Part shown: positions 40,259 to 49,900 of the stretch, in pieces
How positions within the stretch are numbered: the stretch's first letter is position 1
How the letters are laid out: each line of letters opens with the position of its first letter
Source of the DNA: an uncultured Verrucomicrobiota bacterium
Lineage (GTDB): Bacteria > Verrucomicrobiota > Verrucomicrobiia > Limisphaerales > UBA1319
Direction: 5' to 3'
Assembly: GCA_964458325.1 (NCBI GenBank)
Contig: CAYWIM010000001.1
Coordinates: 4,975-68,974, forward strand
Length of the DNA stretch: 64,000 nucleotides
Notes under the pieces: model-generated
Told to the model about the DNA's origin: nothing
Database searches by the model: none
The model's input: the letters and a program-made list of their open reading frames with translations, nothing else
Translations under genes and position numbers: made by a program

Positions 40259-41710
40259 TCAGGGCGCCCATTGTGTTGCGCCTTGTCTGACCTCGGGCTC
40301 GAATCGCCAGGCCCAGGTGGGGTAGTAGAGGTTGCCGCCCCGCCACTCGACCTCGCCTCGCTGGAAATCGACGGTCTCGGATCGGAAGAAGGTTTTGGCG
40401 GGATACAGGGGCTGGCCGAAATCATGGTTCACGACGAGGCGCAGGCTGTCGAGGTTGCCGCAGTAGAACCAGCGGCGGCGTTCATCGGTCACGGGGAGCA
40501 AGCCGTGGGAGACATCGACCGGAAGCCACCCGTACGGCTCGAGATAGATGGCGCACCAGTCGTGCATGTTCCAGTTCCGTCCGGTGGTCCAGCCCGACTC
40601 CCATCGGGCGGGAATCCCCGACAGGCGGCAGAGGGACATGAACAGCATGGTCTGAATGCCGCAGTCACCCCAGCGATGCTGCAGGACGTATTCGGTCAGG
40701 GACGGGATGGTGGAGTATTCGCGTGCGGAGGCCCAGGGGATGTTGTCGCTGATCCAGGCGAAATAGCGTTTGGCTTTGAGCCAAGGATTGGATTCGCCGC
40801 CGGCAATGGCGGTGGCGAGCGCGCGCAGCTCGGGGGTGAAAACGATGTGGGGCGGCCGTTCGCCCATATGCGGCGATGCCTCCGGGTGATGGGGATCGGG
40901 CAGCCGAACACGCGCGGGATCGATCGGGCGGTAGCAGCCGTGCACGGTGTATTCGAAGACGGTTTCGAAGGTGGTGGGCAGACCCTGGCGGGCGTTTTGT
41001 TCCAGGTAGAGCGTCGAGTGGGCTGATTCAGCGCCGCTGGTGATCGATCGGGAGGGGTGGGCCGTGACGAGCCGGAGGTTGCGCTGGCGGGTGGTCTCGC
41101 GCGGGAATGGCAGCCATGCCCGGATGACCTCGCCGGGCGGCGTCATGTCTGGCTTCACCGTCAGGACATACCGGACCCGCACACGGTAGGGATCGCCGAG
41201 GATTTGTCCCGTGCGTCCGTAGGCCGCGATGAGGGCATCGATGTTGTCGGACACGGCGTCGAGCAAGCCTGGGCCTGGAGGGTGGCGGTCCGCATGCAAC
41301 TGGCGGGCCTCGGGATGGACGCGGAAGAGATTGGCCGCGGCTTTTTGGAAGTAGAAACGGCTGCCATCGATCCACCGGGACTCGAGCGCCCCGTCGGCCT
41401 CCCACCGCGCGATCGATTCGGCGGCGGCATCGGGCAGGATGGCGCAGATATCGGCGAGGACCTGGTCGCGTGTTCGAGAGAAATCGAGGCGGATGCGGTC
41501 CATTCGTTCGCGTTCGAAGAGGAATGCCTGGCGCGTCGGGAAGTCGAGGTCGGATCGTTCGAGTTGGCGGCTGATGAATCTCTGAGCTGTGATCCAGCGG
41601 CCCTCTTCGACGGCGCGGCTCACCTCGTCGGCTGGATTTGCCGGCAGGACGGCAGCCAGCAGCCGGGCGATGATGATCCAAACAATTGGACTTGGAACGG
41701 AACGAATCAT
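40259..41710 (-). CDS. Secreted transglutaminase-like domain protein
   Basis: N-terminal hydrophobic signal and a transglutaminase core Cys-His-Asp (RWGDCGIQTMLFMSLCRLSGIPAR ... HDWCAIY ... PVD). Confidence 0.85.
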   Translation of the reverse strand: MIRSVPSPIVWIIIARLLAAVLPANPADEVSRAVEEGRWITAQRFISRQLERSDLDFPTRQAFLFERERMDRIRLDFSRTRDQVLADICAILPDAAAESIARWEADGALESRWIDGSRFYFQKAAANLFRVHPEARQLHADRHPPGPGLLDAVSDNIDALIAAYGRTGQILGDPYRVRVRYVLTVKPDMTPPGEVIRAWLPFPRETTRQRNLRLVTAHPSRSITSGAESAHSTLYLEQNARQGLPTTFETVFEYTVHGCYRPIDPARVRLPDPHHPEASPHMGERPPHIVFTPELRALATAIAGGESNPWLKAKRYFAWISDNIPWASAREYSTIPSLTEYVLQHRWGDCGIQTMLFMSLCRLSGIPARWESGWTTGRNWNMHDWCAIYLEPYGWLPVDVSHGLLPVTDERRRWFYCGNLDSLRLVVNHDFGQPLYPAKTFFRSETVDFQRGEVEWRGGNLYYPTWAWRFEPEVRQGATQWAP

Positions 41711-41910
41711 GCTTCAAGAATAGCGGATTGGGGAGCGGATGGCGAGCTTTTGGCGCGGCGGGTGTTGGGGAGTGGCGGGGCCGGCGCAGTGGCGAGCTCA
41801 GATGGGGATGGAGAGCGCCACCCGTGCGAGATGGCAAGCGAGGGCGTCCGGGGCGCCCGCGGGGGGTGGGGAACGATTTTCCCGCCGTACAGAAGGGTTG
41901 AACGCTGTCG

Positions 41911-41939
41911 TTGACACTGGGGCGGCAGGTGATTATTGT
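41911..41939 (+). promoter_or_regulatory. Candidate sigma70-type promoter
   Basis: TTGACA (41911-41916), a 17-nt spacer, then TATTGT (41934-41939), 30 nt upstream of ATG 41970. Confidence 0.35.
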
Positions 41940-41969
41940 GGCAAAAATTTAACGAAGATACAGGTTACG

Positions 41970-42719
41970 ATGCTTTTACGAATCGCACTCATCTTGGCCA
42001 TTATCGCCGGGCTGGCGGCGGCGGGGATCAGCCATTTCATGGTCGATCCCAAGATAAAAAATCTGACCACCGAGCTGGGCGACACGAAGGACACGCTGGA
42101 CCGGACTCAGAAATCGGAGGCCAAGTTCCGGAAGGAGTCGCAGCAGCTGCGGATCGATCTGGACGATACCAGCAAGATTCTCGATGTGGCGACAAACGAG
42201 CTGGCGCGGGTCTCGGCCAGGGCGATCCAGCAGGAGCAGCGGGCGAACCGGGCGGCGGCCGAGCTTGAAACCACGACCAAGGAGCGCAACCTGGCCCAGG
42301 CAGAGCTGGCATCGTGGCGCGCCACCGGCCTGAGCCCGGACCAGATCAAAGGCGTGGTGGACGATCTGAAGGTGGCGAATGAGAAGATCGATGTTTACGA
42401 GGAGGAGAAGGACGTCCTCGCCCGGAACAACAAGAAGCTGAGCATGGAGCTGGCGAAGGTGCTGCGTCCCAACGTCGATCCGGAGATGCAGCCGATGACG
42501 GGGAAAGTGGTGGCGGTGGATGGCAAGTGGAACTTCGTGGTGGTGGATATCGGTTCGGAGCAGGGAGCGGTGGAGCGTGGCGTCCTGCTGGTCAACCGGG
42601 ATGGAAAGCTGGTGGGCAAAGTCCGCTTGACCTCGGTCGAGCGCAACCGGAGCGTGGCGAACATCATTCCGGAATGGAAGCAAGCGGAGCTCATGGAAGG
42701 CGACCAAGTGTTGTATTAG
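41970..42719 (+). CDS. Membrane-anchored coiled-coil protein (249 aa), function unknown
   Basis: Trimmed from ORF 41739 to ATG 41970 (MLLRIALILAIIAGLAAAGI is the TM anchor). A long heptad-like Glu/Lys/Leu-rich region is followed by a C-terminal beta domain (GKVVAVDGKWNFVVVDIGSEQG...GKVRLTSV). Confidence 0.6.
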   Translation: MLLRIALILAIIAGLAAAGISHFMVDPKIKNLTTELGDTKDTLDRTQKSEAKFRKESQQLRIDLDDTSKILDVATNELARVSARAIQQEQRANRAAAELETTTKERNLAQAELASWRATGLSPDQIKGVVDDLKVANEKIDVYEEEKDVLARNNKKLSMELAKVLRPNVDPEMQPMTGKVVAVDGKWNFVVVDIGSEQGAVERGVLLVNRDGKLVGKVRLTSVERNRSVANIIPEWKQAELMEGDQVLY

Positions 42720-42746
42720 CGGGTGGCATCTCAGGCATCGGACCTC

Positions 42747-42923
42747 ATGCGTGCGCATCGAACGAGCTGGAGCCGCTGGGCGGCGTTGGTTTTGCTGGCA
42801 GTGGTGGTGGCCGGATTGAGCGGATGCGGGACGACGGAGCCCGAGAATGCTTCTTCTCGTCCTTGGAACACGCCGAGGTCGTGGGAGTACGGTTTTCCGG
42901 GGGCGCCTTACGACAGGCGGTGA
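42747..42923 (+). CDS. Small lipoprotein (58 aa)
   Basis: MRAHRTSWSRWAALVLLAVVVAGLSGC has a signal peptide and the lipobox L-S-G-C. The listed start 42723 is GTG; ATG is at 42747. Confidence 0.55.
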   Translation: MRAHRTSWSRWAALVLLAVVVAGLSGCGTTEPENASSRPWNTPRSWEYGFPGAPYDRR

Positions 42924-42950
42924 GGAGGGTGGCTGGGGCGCGTCAGGCCC

Positions 42951-44516
42951 TTACTTGGCGAACTCGATGCAGCGGGTTTCGCGGACCACAGTGACGCGGA
43001 TTTGGCCGGGGTATTGGAGTTCTTCTTCGATCTTGTGGGCGAGGCTGCGTGCGAGGAGGAATGCCTGATCGTCGCTGACCCGATCGGGTTGGACCATGAC
43101 GCGCAGCTCGCGGCCGGCTTGGACGGCGAAGCACTTCTCGACGCCCGGGAACGAAAGGCCGATTCGCTCGAGGTTTTCCAGCCGCTTGAGGTATGTGGCC
43201 ATGGTTTCGGACCGAGCCCCGGGGCGCGAAGCGCTAATGGCATCGGCGGCGCTGACGAGGCTGCCGATGGCGAAGCGGCAGGGCGCCTCGCCGTGGTGGG
43301 AGGCGACGCTGCTGACGACGGCTTCGGACTCGCCGTGGCGTTTCAGGAACTCGGCGCCGATGATGGCGTGGGCGCCCTCGATCTCGTGGTTGAGCGCCTT
43401 GCCGATATCGTGGAGCAATCCAGCCCGTTTAGCCGTGAGGACATCGAACTGCAGTTCGGCGGCCATCAGGCCAGCGAGATGGGCGACCTCGACCGAGTGA
43501 TCGAGGTTGTTCTGGGCATAGCTGTGGCGGAACCGGAGCCTGCCGAGGACCTGGACGATTTCGTGGGCCAGGGGGGGCAGGCCGGCCTTGAAAACCGCCT
43601 CCTCGCCGCCGCGCAAGATGGCATCGTCAGTTTCCTGGGCGACCCTGCCGACGACTTCCTCGATGCGGGTCGGGTGGATGCGTCCATCCAGGATGAGCCG
43701 CTGCATGGCTTCGCGGGCGATTTCGCGGCGCACGGGGTCGAACGAGGAGAGGACGACGGCATTGGGCGTATCGTCGATGAGGACCGTGACGCCGGTGGCG
43801 GATTCGAAGGCGCGGATGTTGCGGCCTTCGCGGCCGATGATCTTGCCTTTGATTTCCTCGTTGGGGAGGGTGACGGTGGCGGTGGTGGTTTCGAAGGAGT
43901 GTTCTCCGGCGTAGCGTTGGATGGCGAGGCCGATGATCTTTCGGGCCTCATCCTCGGCGCGCTGGCGGGCGTCATCGAGGACATGTCGGGCGAGGTCGCC
44001 GGCGTCGCGGAGGCTCTCCTGCTCGACCTCCTTGAGGAGCAGCTCCCGCGCCTCGGTATCGGAAATGTGAGCGAGATGGGAGAGCTGCTCCCTGCGCTGT
44101 TGGATCAGCCGGTCCAGCTCGGCCCGGTCTCGGGCCAGCTCGTTTTCCTGGAGGGCCAGGCGCTGCTGCTGGGCCAGGGCCATTTGTTCCTGCTGGACCA
44201 ACCCTTCGAGCTGCTGGTTGATGAGCAGGTCGCGCTGGTTGAGGCGCTGGTCCAGCTCGTTGAGCTCCTGACGGCGCCGGGCGTGATCCTCTTCGAGGGT
44301 GCGGCTGCGGCGAAGGAACTCCTCGTTGGCGGCGAACTGGGCGTCGCGCGCGACGGCGGCGCACTGCTGGCGGGTGGTTTCGGCCAGGCTTTCCTTCTCC
44401 CGCTCCCAGTCGAGGCGGAGCGACCGCTCGCGGCGGCGATGGATCCAATAGCCCAGCCCGGCCCCCAGAATGAGGCCCAATGCGGCGATCAAGAAATCTT
44501 GCAGGGACCCGTTCAT
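42951..44516 (-). CDS. rny: Ribonuclease Y
   Basis: N-terminal TM helix, coiled coil, KH domain (GKIIGREGRNIRAFE) and HD domain (HSVEVAHLAG...LLHDIGK). Trimmed to ATG 44516, which overlaps the upstream stop as ATGA. Confidence 0.93.
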   Translation of the reverse strand: MNGSLQDFLIAALGLILGAGLGYWIHRRRERSLRLDWEREKESLAETTRQQCAAVARDAQFAANEEFLRRSRTLEEDHARRRQELNELDQRLNQRDLLINQQLEGLVQQEQMALAQQQRLALQENELARDRAELDRLIQQRREQLSHLAHISDTEARELLLKEVEQESLRDAGDLARHVLDDARQRAEDEARKIIGLAIQRYAGEHSFETTTATVTLPNEEIKGKIIGREGRNIRAFESATGVTVLIDDTPNAVVLSSFDPVRREIAREAMQRLILDGRIHPTRIEEVVGRVAQETDDAILRGGEEAVFKAGLPPLAHEIVQVLGRLRFRHSYAQNNLDHSVEVAHLAGLMAAELQFDVLTAKRAGLLHDIGKALNHEIEGAHAIIGAEFLKRHGESEAVVSSVASHHGEAPCRFAIGSLVSAADAISASRPGARSETMATYLKRLENLERIGLSFPGVEKCFAVQAGRELRVMVQPDRVSDDQAFLLARSLAHKIEEELQYPGQIRVTVVRETRCIEFAK

Positions 44517-45100
44517 GTTGGATTCGAGCTCGGGCGAACCGGCATCCACCCGCTGGGGGTGACGATACCATCCATCCCGATGTCTCGAGGGCTTGTCGGC
44601 ACGGCGGCGACGATCTGACAAGCAAAGGCCACACCGCAATTCCAGCCGGAGATCTCGGCCAGGAGCCGATCGTAATATCCCCGGCCATGCCCAAGCCTTC
44701 GGCCGGACACATCGAATGCTACACCCGGAACTAGGATGAAGTCAAGTTGCTTTAGGGTGCCGGCGGGGCAGGCGGCGACGGGTTCGCGGATTCCCCATTT
44801 CCCCGGCTGGAGGTCGGCCTCGGGATTTCGGAGAAGGGCGGGCTCGTAGCGGTCATCCGCGGCCACGTAGCGCGGCAGAAAGACTTCCAGGCCCTCGTCC
44901 AGAGCTCCGGCGATCAAAGGCCAGATGTCGGGTTCGCGCGCCATTGGAGCGAAGGCCAGGATGGTTCGGGAACGGCGCCAGCGATCGGATTCGAGAATTC
45001 GTTGGCGGATTTGGGTGGAAGCCGCGGAGAGTGCCGCGGGAGACTCGGTGTGGAGCGCGGCCAGGACCGCGCGCCGGAGTTGCTGTTTGGCCATGGGCAT
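44513..45100 (-). CDS. 5-formyltetrahydrofolate cyclo-ligase
   Basis: Family motifs ILAFAPMAREPD, GKWGIREP, DFILVPGVAFDVSGRRLGHGRGYYDR. The listed start 45109 is TTG. In-frame ATGs are at 45100 and 45094. Confidence 0.85.
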   Translation of the reverse strand: MPMAKQQLRRAVLAALHTESPAALSAASTQIRQRILESDRWRRSRTILAFAPMAREPDIWPLIAGALDEGLEVFLPRYVAADDRYEPALLRNPEADLQPGKWGIREPVAACPAGTLKQLDFILVPGVAFDVSGRRLGHGRGYYDRLLAEISGWNCGVAFACQIVAAVPTSPRDIGMDGIVTPSGWMPVRPSSNPT

Positions 45101-45122
45101 CGTTGGCAAGGGCTGGAGCGGG

Positions 45123-46520
45123 CTAGGCCGGGGGTGAGGGAGGCGGATGGGCGGGCGGAACGCGGCTGGCGCCTGCGGCTTCCTCCTTCATGGATCGCCA
45201 TTTTTCGAGGCGTTCCTTGATCTTTTTTTCGACGCCCTGGTCCGTGGGCTGGTAGAACGAGCGGAGAGCGCCCAGGTAATCCTGGGGGACGAAGTGGCCG
45301 GGGTAATCGTGGGCGTATCGGTAACTCTGGCCGTGGCCGAGGCGGGCCGCGCCGGCGTAATGGGCGTCCCGGAGGTGTTCGGGCACGGGAAGGGATCGCC
45401 CGGAGCGGACTTCGCCGAGGGCGGCGTCGATGGCGGCGATGGCGGAGTTGCTTTTGGAGGCGGTCGCGAGGTAGATGGCGGCCTCCGCCAGGGGGATGCG
45501 CGCCTCGGGCCATCCGATGAACTCGGCGGCGTCGCAGGCAGTTTGGGCCAGGACCAGAGCCATGGGATCCGCCAGGCCGATGTCTTCTGCGGCGCAGATG
45601 ACCATCCGGCGGGCGATAAAGCGGGGGTCTTCGCCGGCATGGATCATCTTGGCCAGCCAGTAGAGTGCGGCATCGGGATCGCTGCCGCGCATGGACTTGA
45701 TGAAGGCGGAGATGGTGTCGTAATGGGCATCCCCATCGGCGTCGTAGACGACGGCCTTGTGTTGGATGGACTGCTCGGCGGCCTGGAGGTCGATGCGAAT
45801 GGTCCCATCGGATTGGGGCGGGGTGGTGAGGGCGCCGATTTCGAGCGCGTTGAGGGCTTTGCGGGCGTCTCCGTCGGCCACGCGGGCGAGGTGCCGGAGG
45901 GCGTCCGGATCGGCCTGGATCCTCAGATGCCCAAGCCCGCGTTCCGGGTCGTCGAGGGCGCGCTGGAGGACGGCCAGGAGCTCATCCTCGGCCAGCGGCC
46001 GCAGCTCGAAGATCTGCGATCGGGATACCAGCGGGGCGTTGACGAAGAAGCACGGGTTATGCGTCGTGGCCCCGATGAGGCGCACGACACCGCGTTCGAC
46101 GTCGGGCAGCAGGACGTCCTGCTGCGCCTTGTTGAAGCGATGGATTTCGTCGATGAAGAGGATGGTGGCGCGGCCGGCGTTGGCGCGGCGATGAGCGGCC
46201 GCAGCCAGGACGCGGCGCATGTCGGCGACATTGGACTCGACGCCGCTGAGCGGCTCGAAGTGGGAGCGGGTGTGGCGCGCGATGATCTGGCCGAGGCTGG
46301 TTTTTCCGGTTCCGGGCGGGCCATAGAAGATGAGCGACTGGATCCGATCGGCTTCGATGGCGCGGCGGAGGAGATGGCCCGGGGCGAGCAGGTGTGTTTG
46401 GCCCACAAAATCCTCGAGGGTGCGCGGGCGCATTCTGGCGGCGAGCGGGGCTGGCGGCGCGGATTGTCCCGCATCGCCAGCCTCGTCCGGCATGGTTCGA
46501 AAAAGGTCTTCGGACTGCAT
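45123..46520 (-). CDS. rarA: Replication-associated recombination protein A
   Basis: MRPRTLEDFVGQ, Walker A GPPGTGKTS, FIDEIHRFNK, GATTHNP, and the MgsA C-terminal domain. The listed start 46556 is TTG. ATG 46520 (MQSEDLF) fits the family N-terminus. Confidence 0.93.
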   Translation of the reverse strand: MQSEDLFRTMPDEAGDAGQSAPPAPLAARMRPRTLEDFVGQTHLLAPGHLLRRAIEADRIQSLIFYGPPGTGKTSLGQIIARHTRSHFEPLSGVESNVADMRRVLAAAAHRRANAGRATILFIDEIHRFNKAQQDVLLPDVERGVVRLIGATTHNPCFFVNAPLVSRSQIFELRPLAEDELLAVLQRALDDPERGLGHLRIQADPDALRHLARVADGDARKALNALEIGALTTPPQSDGTIRIDLQAAEQSIQHKAVVYDADGDAHYDTISAFIKSMRGSDPDAALYWLAKMIHAGEDPRFIARRMVICAAEDIGLADPMALVLAQTACDAAEFIGWPEARIPLAEAAIYLATASKSNSAIAAIDAALGEVRSGRSLPVPEHLRDAHYAGAARLGHGQSYRYAHDYPGHFVPQDYLGALRSFYQPTDQGVEKKIKERLEKWRSMKEEAAGASRVPPAHPPPSPPA

Positions 46521-46946
46521 CGACGAGTGCGGATCCACCGCCCCAATGGCGGACAATCCAATGCCGTCAATATTTCACAGCCGGGGGAAGAGACAAGAGG
46601 GGAAATAAAAACCCCGCCGTAATGCCGTGGGTAACAGTTCCTCTGAACTGATAAGAAACAGGTGGAACCCGCAGGGCGGCTTTCGATGTCCAGTCAAGGC
46701 ATATCGGCTGCCACCACATTCAAGGCTCCGTATATTCGAGCTTACGGTTCAAGGACATTGTTTCGTTTCACGAACATGGCAGGGTTAAAATCCAATGAAT
46801 CTGCTCCGTCTCAAAGAACCGCTGACGTTCCAGCCTCGGCCGGGGCGCCCGCTGATCACGACACAGAACATACAGTGTCTGTGGTGAATGACTCAAGAAA
46901 AATCGTCTCGAGACGACAAATTCGATGGTTGGGAAAAGGTCGGTAT

Positions 46947-46964
46947 GCGGCAGGGGTCTGCCGC
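46947..46964 (-). terminator. Possible terminator hairpin after the surface-protein gene
   Basis: GCGGCAG-GGGT-CTGCCGC, a perfect 7-bp stem 35 nt past the TAA at 46999-47001. On the minus strand a TTTT run follows only after 9 nt, so it is not classical. Confidence 0.3.
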
Positions 46965-46998
46965 GGTCCGAGGCGATGAATGATTGGACGGACGCTGG

Positions 46999-49900
46999 TT
47001 ATTTCCAGACCACCGCGCGATAGAATTGCTGGCCGGCGGCCGGAGCGATCGGCAGCGGAACCGAATGGGCAGGGGCATTGAGCTCGATATCCTGCACCGT
47101 AACCCAATTCACGAGGTCCTCAGAGCCCTGGATCCGGCAATGGTATCCAGCCTGGCCATGGACAGTGAAATCGAATTGGGCGCTGCTCGTGCGAGTGAAT
47201 TCAACCCGGGGGGGTTGGGGATCGTCATTGAGGATGACAACGCGTGTGGTATGGATCGAGCCGACAGCTGCGCCGGCGGGGGCGCCGTCGGCGAGGTCGA
47301 GGCTCAGCTCCATCGGTTCGTCGGGTTCGAACTTGCCATCCGAGAGGATGGGCACGGTGATCAGCCGCAGCTGGTTGCCGTCCGAGAACAGAACGGAGAT
47401 GGGCTGGATATGGTAATCGACGCCGGGGGTGGCGCCGCCATCGACAGGCGTGGGGGTGACAATGAGTTCGACCTCCCCGCTGGTGCCGCCGGAGCGAGTG
47501 ATGGCGATCGCCTTGCAGCAGAGGCTGTCTTCAAAGATGGCGTGCTCGGCCTCGCTGAAAGCGAACGTGCCGACGGCATCATTGTCGACGATCTGGAGGG
47601 ATGCGGCTGTGATGGCGCCCAACGATGCCCCGCTCGAATCGTCCGGCGAGAAAGACAGCGTGAGGCTCAATGACTCGGGGCCTTCAGCCAGGCTGTCATC
47701 CCGAACGATGTCAGCCAAGCTGACTGAGCGGCTGATCTCATGGTCGGACAGGAGCACGTCGATCGAGGCGGCGCTGTAATCGCCATCGGCCAGCCGTGCG
47801 GTGCCATCGCTAAGGGCAATCCGCAGGCGGACTGGGCCATGGTTGCCCTGGTGCCGGGTGACGGTGATTGCCTGGACGGAGACGCCGTTTTCGAGGACCG
47901 AATAGTGATCGTGGCTGAAGGCGACGATGCCCGGCGGCTGTTCGGCGCCTGTGAGGTTGCCGACGGGCGCCTGAGCGATGGCTTGGTCGAGCGCATGGCA
48001 GGTTTGGGCAGCCACGACTTCGTCAATCACCACGGCTCCCGATCCCGCCTGCTCGAGCTGTTCGGCAGCCTGGCCCTGGGCAATCCACTGGACTTGGCTG
48101 ATGGCGGCGGCGGCGTCCAAGGCGCCCTCAGCCTCGGCGACCAACTGGTCTTTCGCCTGGTTGAGCGCAGCGATCACTTGGGCTGCGCCTTGTTGCACGG
48201 CGGGATCGATGGTTGCCTGCACGACCGACGCCGTCTGCTGAATGACGGTCTCGACCACCTGGGTGTCGCTCAGGTCCATGGCGGAATTGGTCTGCACTGC
48301 GCTGGCGATTTGGGCCATCACCTGGCGGGCGAGGTCGGCTTGGGATGCATCTGGGGTGGATTGCCCAAGCAGGGCGGTGATCTGAACAACGGTGTCCTGC
48401 ACCTTGGCGGCCGCCTGAAGAACGGGAGCGGCAGCCGTGTCGTTGGCAGTCGCGGCTGCCAGCGGATCAAACTCCATTAACTGGACTTCAGGTGGGAGCC
48501 CCAAGGCCGCTTCAAGCTGTGTCTCGGCCTGAGCCAGCGACAGGGATTCATCCCTCCGGGCCAGTTCGTTCAGCAGCGCCGTCAAAGGCGTGATCACAGT
48601 CGCGGTGGGCGGAGCTGACAAGGACGTTTCCAGAGGCAGACCCGTCGAAATATCGACGCCGCCTTGAAGAACCAGCTGGCCTTCCTCGAGATCAAGCTCG
48701 CCGTTTTGATTGGCATCGAACTTGGCGACGACCACCTTGAGGTCGAATCGCCCAGCATCATCGGTCGTTGTCGAGGGTTCTCCTCCATCGAGCTTGCTGT
48801 TCAGATTCGCGTCAAAGAAGACCGTGCTGCCGGCCATGTAACCATCCAGGCCGCGTCCGGAGAACATCGCAGCGGGGTTGATCGTAAGCACGGCGATTTC
48901 GCTCGTTGCATCCCCTGCCTCGTTCGAAATGAAAACAGAGTAATCACCGGCATCGGAAAGAGCGGTCTCCGCGAGAATCAGTGACACGCCATTGGCGCCT
49001 GGGATGTTCGTGCCATTGAATTGCCATTGGTAAACGAACGGCTCTGATCCGGCAGCCGTAACGGAGAATGTCGCGGAATCCCCTTCATCGACCGTCAGGC
49101 TGGCCGGCTGGCTGAGGACCGACGGGGGTTCGCCGTCTTCGAACACAATCACCGTGAACGACGTGCTGGCGGTGGCGGCGGGAGATCCGCTGTCGGTGAC
49201 CCGGACGGTGAACGTGTTGGTGGATGGGCCTTGGGCCTCGCTGGGCGTCCACTGGATGAGGCCGGTGGCCGAGTCGATCGTGGCCGTGGGCGGTGCGGCT
49301 TCCAGGCTGTAGGTCAGCGTCTGGGCTGGGAGATCGGCGTCGGATCCGGCGGCGGTCCACTGGAGCAGAGCGCCTTCATCGCCCTGCTGGTCGGCGATGG
49401 CGGCCAGGGAGGGGGCCTGGTTGACTTCGGCGACGACGACCGTGAAGGAGGCGCTGGCGGTGGCGGCGGGAGATCCGCTGTCGGTGACCCGGACGGTGAA
49501 CGTGTTGGTGGATGGGCCTTGGGCCTCGCTGGGCGTCCACTGGATGAGGCCGGTGGTCGAGTTGATCGTGGCGGTGGGCGGCGCGGTTTGCAGGCTGTAG
49601 GTCAGGGTCTGGGCTGGCTGATCCGGATCAGTGGCTATAGCCTGGAGGGACCATGCCGTTGATTCGACGATATTCGTTTTCGAGATCAAGCTGATCGTGG
49701 GCGGGCTGTTGACCGAAAGTTGGGCGACGGCACTGTTGGTGGATCCAGCGGGATTCGAGACAACAGCCTGGTATTGGCCCGACTGGGCTTTTTGGACATT
49801 GAGAAGAGTTAGAGTTGAATTCGTTTTTCCGGGCATGGCCGATCCGTTGAAAAACCATTGATAAGTGAGGGGAACCGAACCGGATGCAGTGACGCTGAAG

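Noticed and set aside
46662-46979. 105-aa ORF in the rarA-upstream gap.
   Set aside because: Its start is non-ATG, its codon usage is unlike neighbouring genes (many A/T-ending codons), it has no motif, and it overlaps the hairpin and palindrome structures. It is more likely non-coding.
49151-49618. Identical 104-bp pair as template/variable repeats of a diversity-generating retroelement.
   Set aside because: No reverse transcriptase or accessory gene lies nearby. Both copies are inside the same ORF as adjacent structural domains. The differences in the flanks are not adenine-specific.
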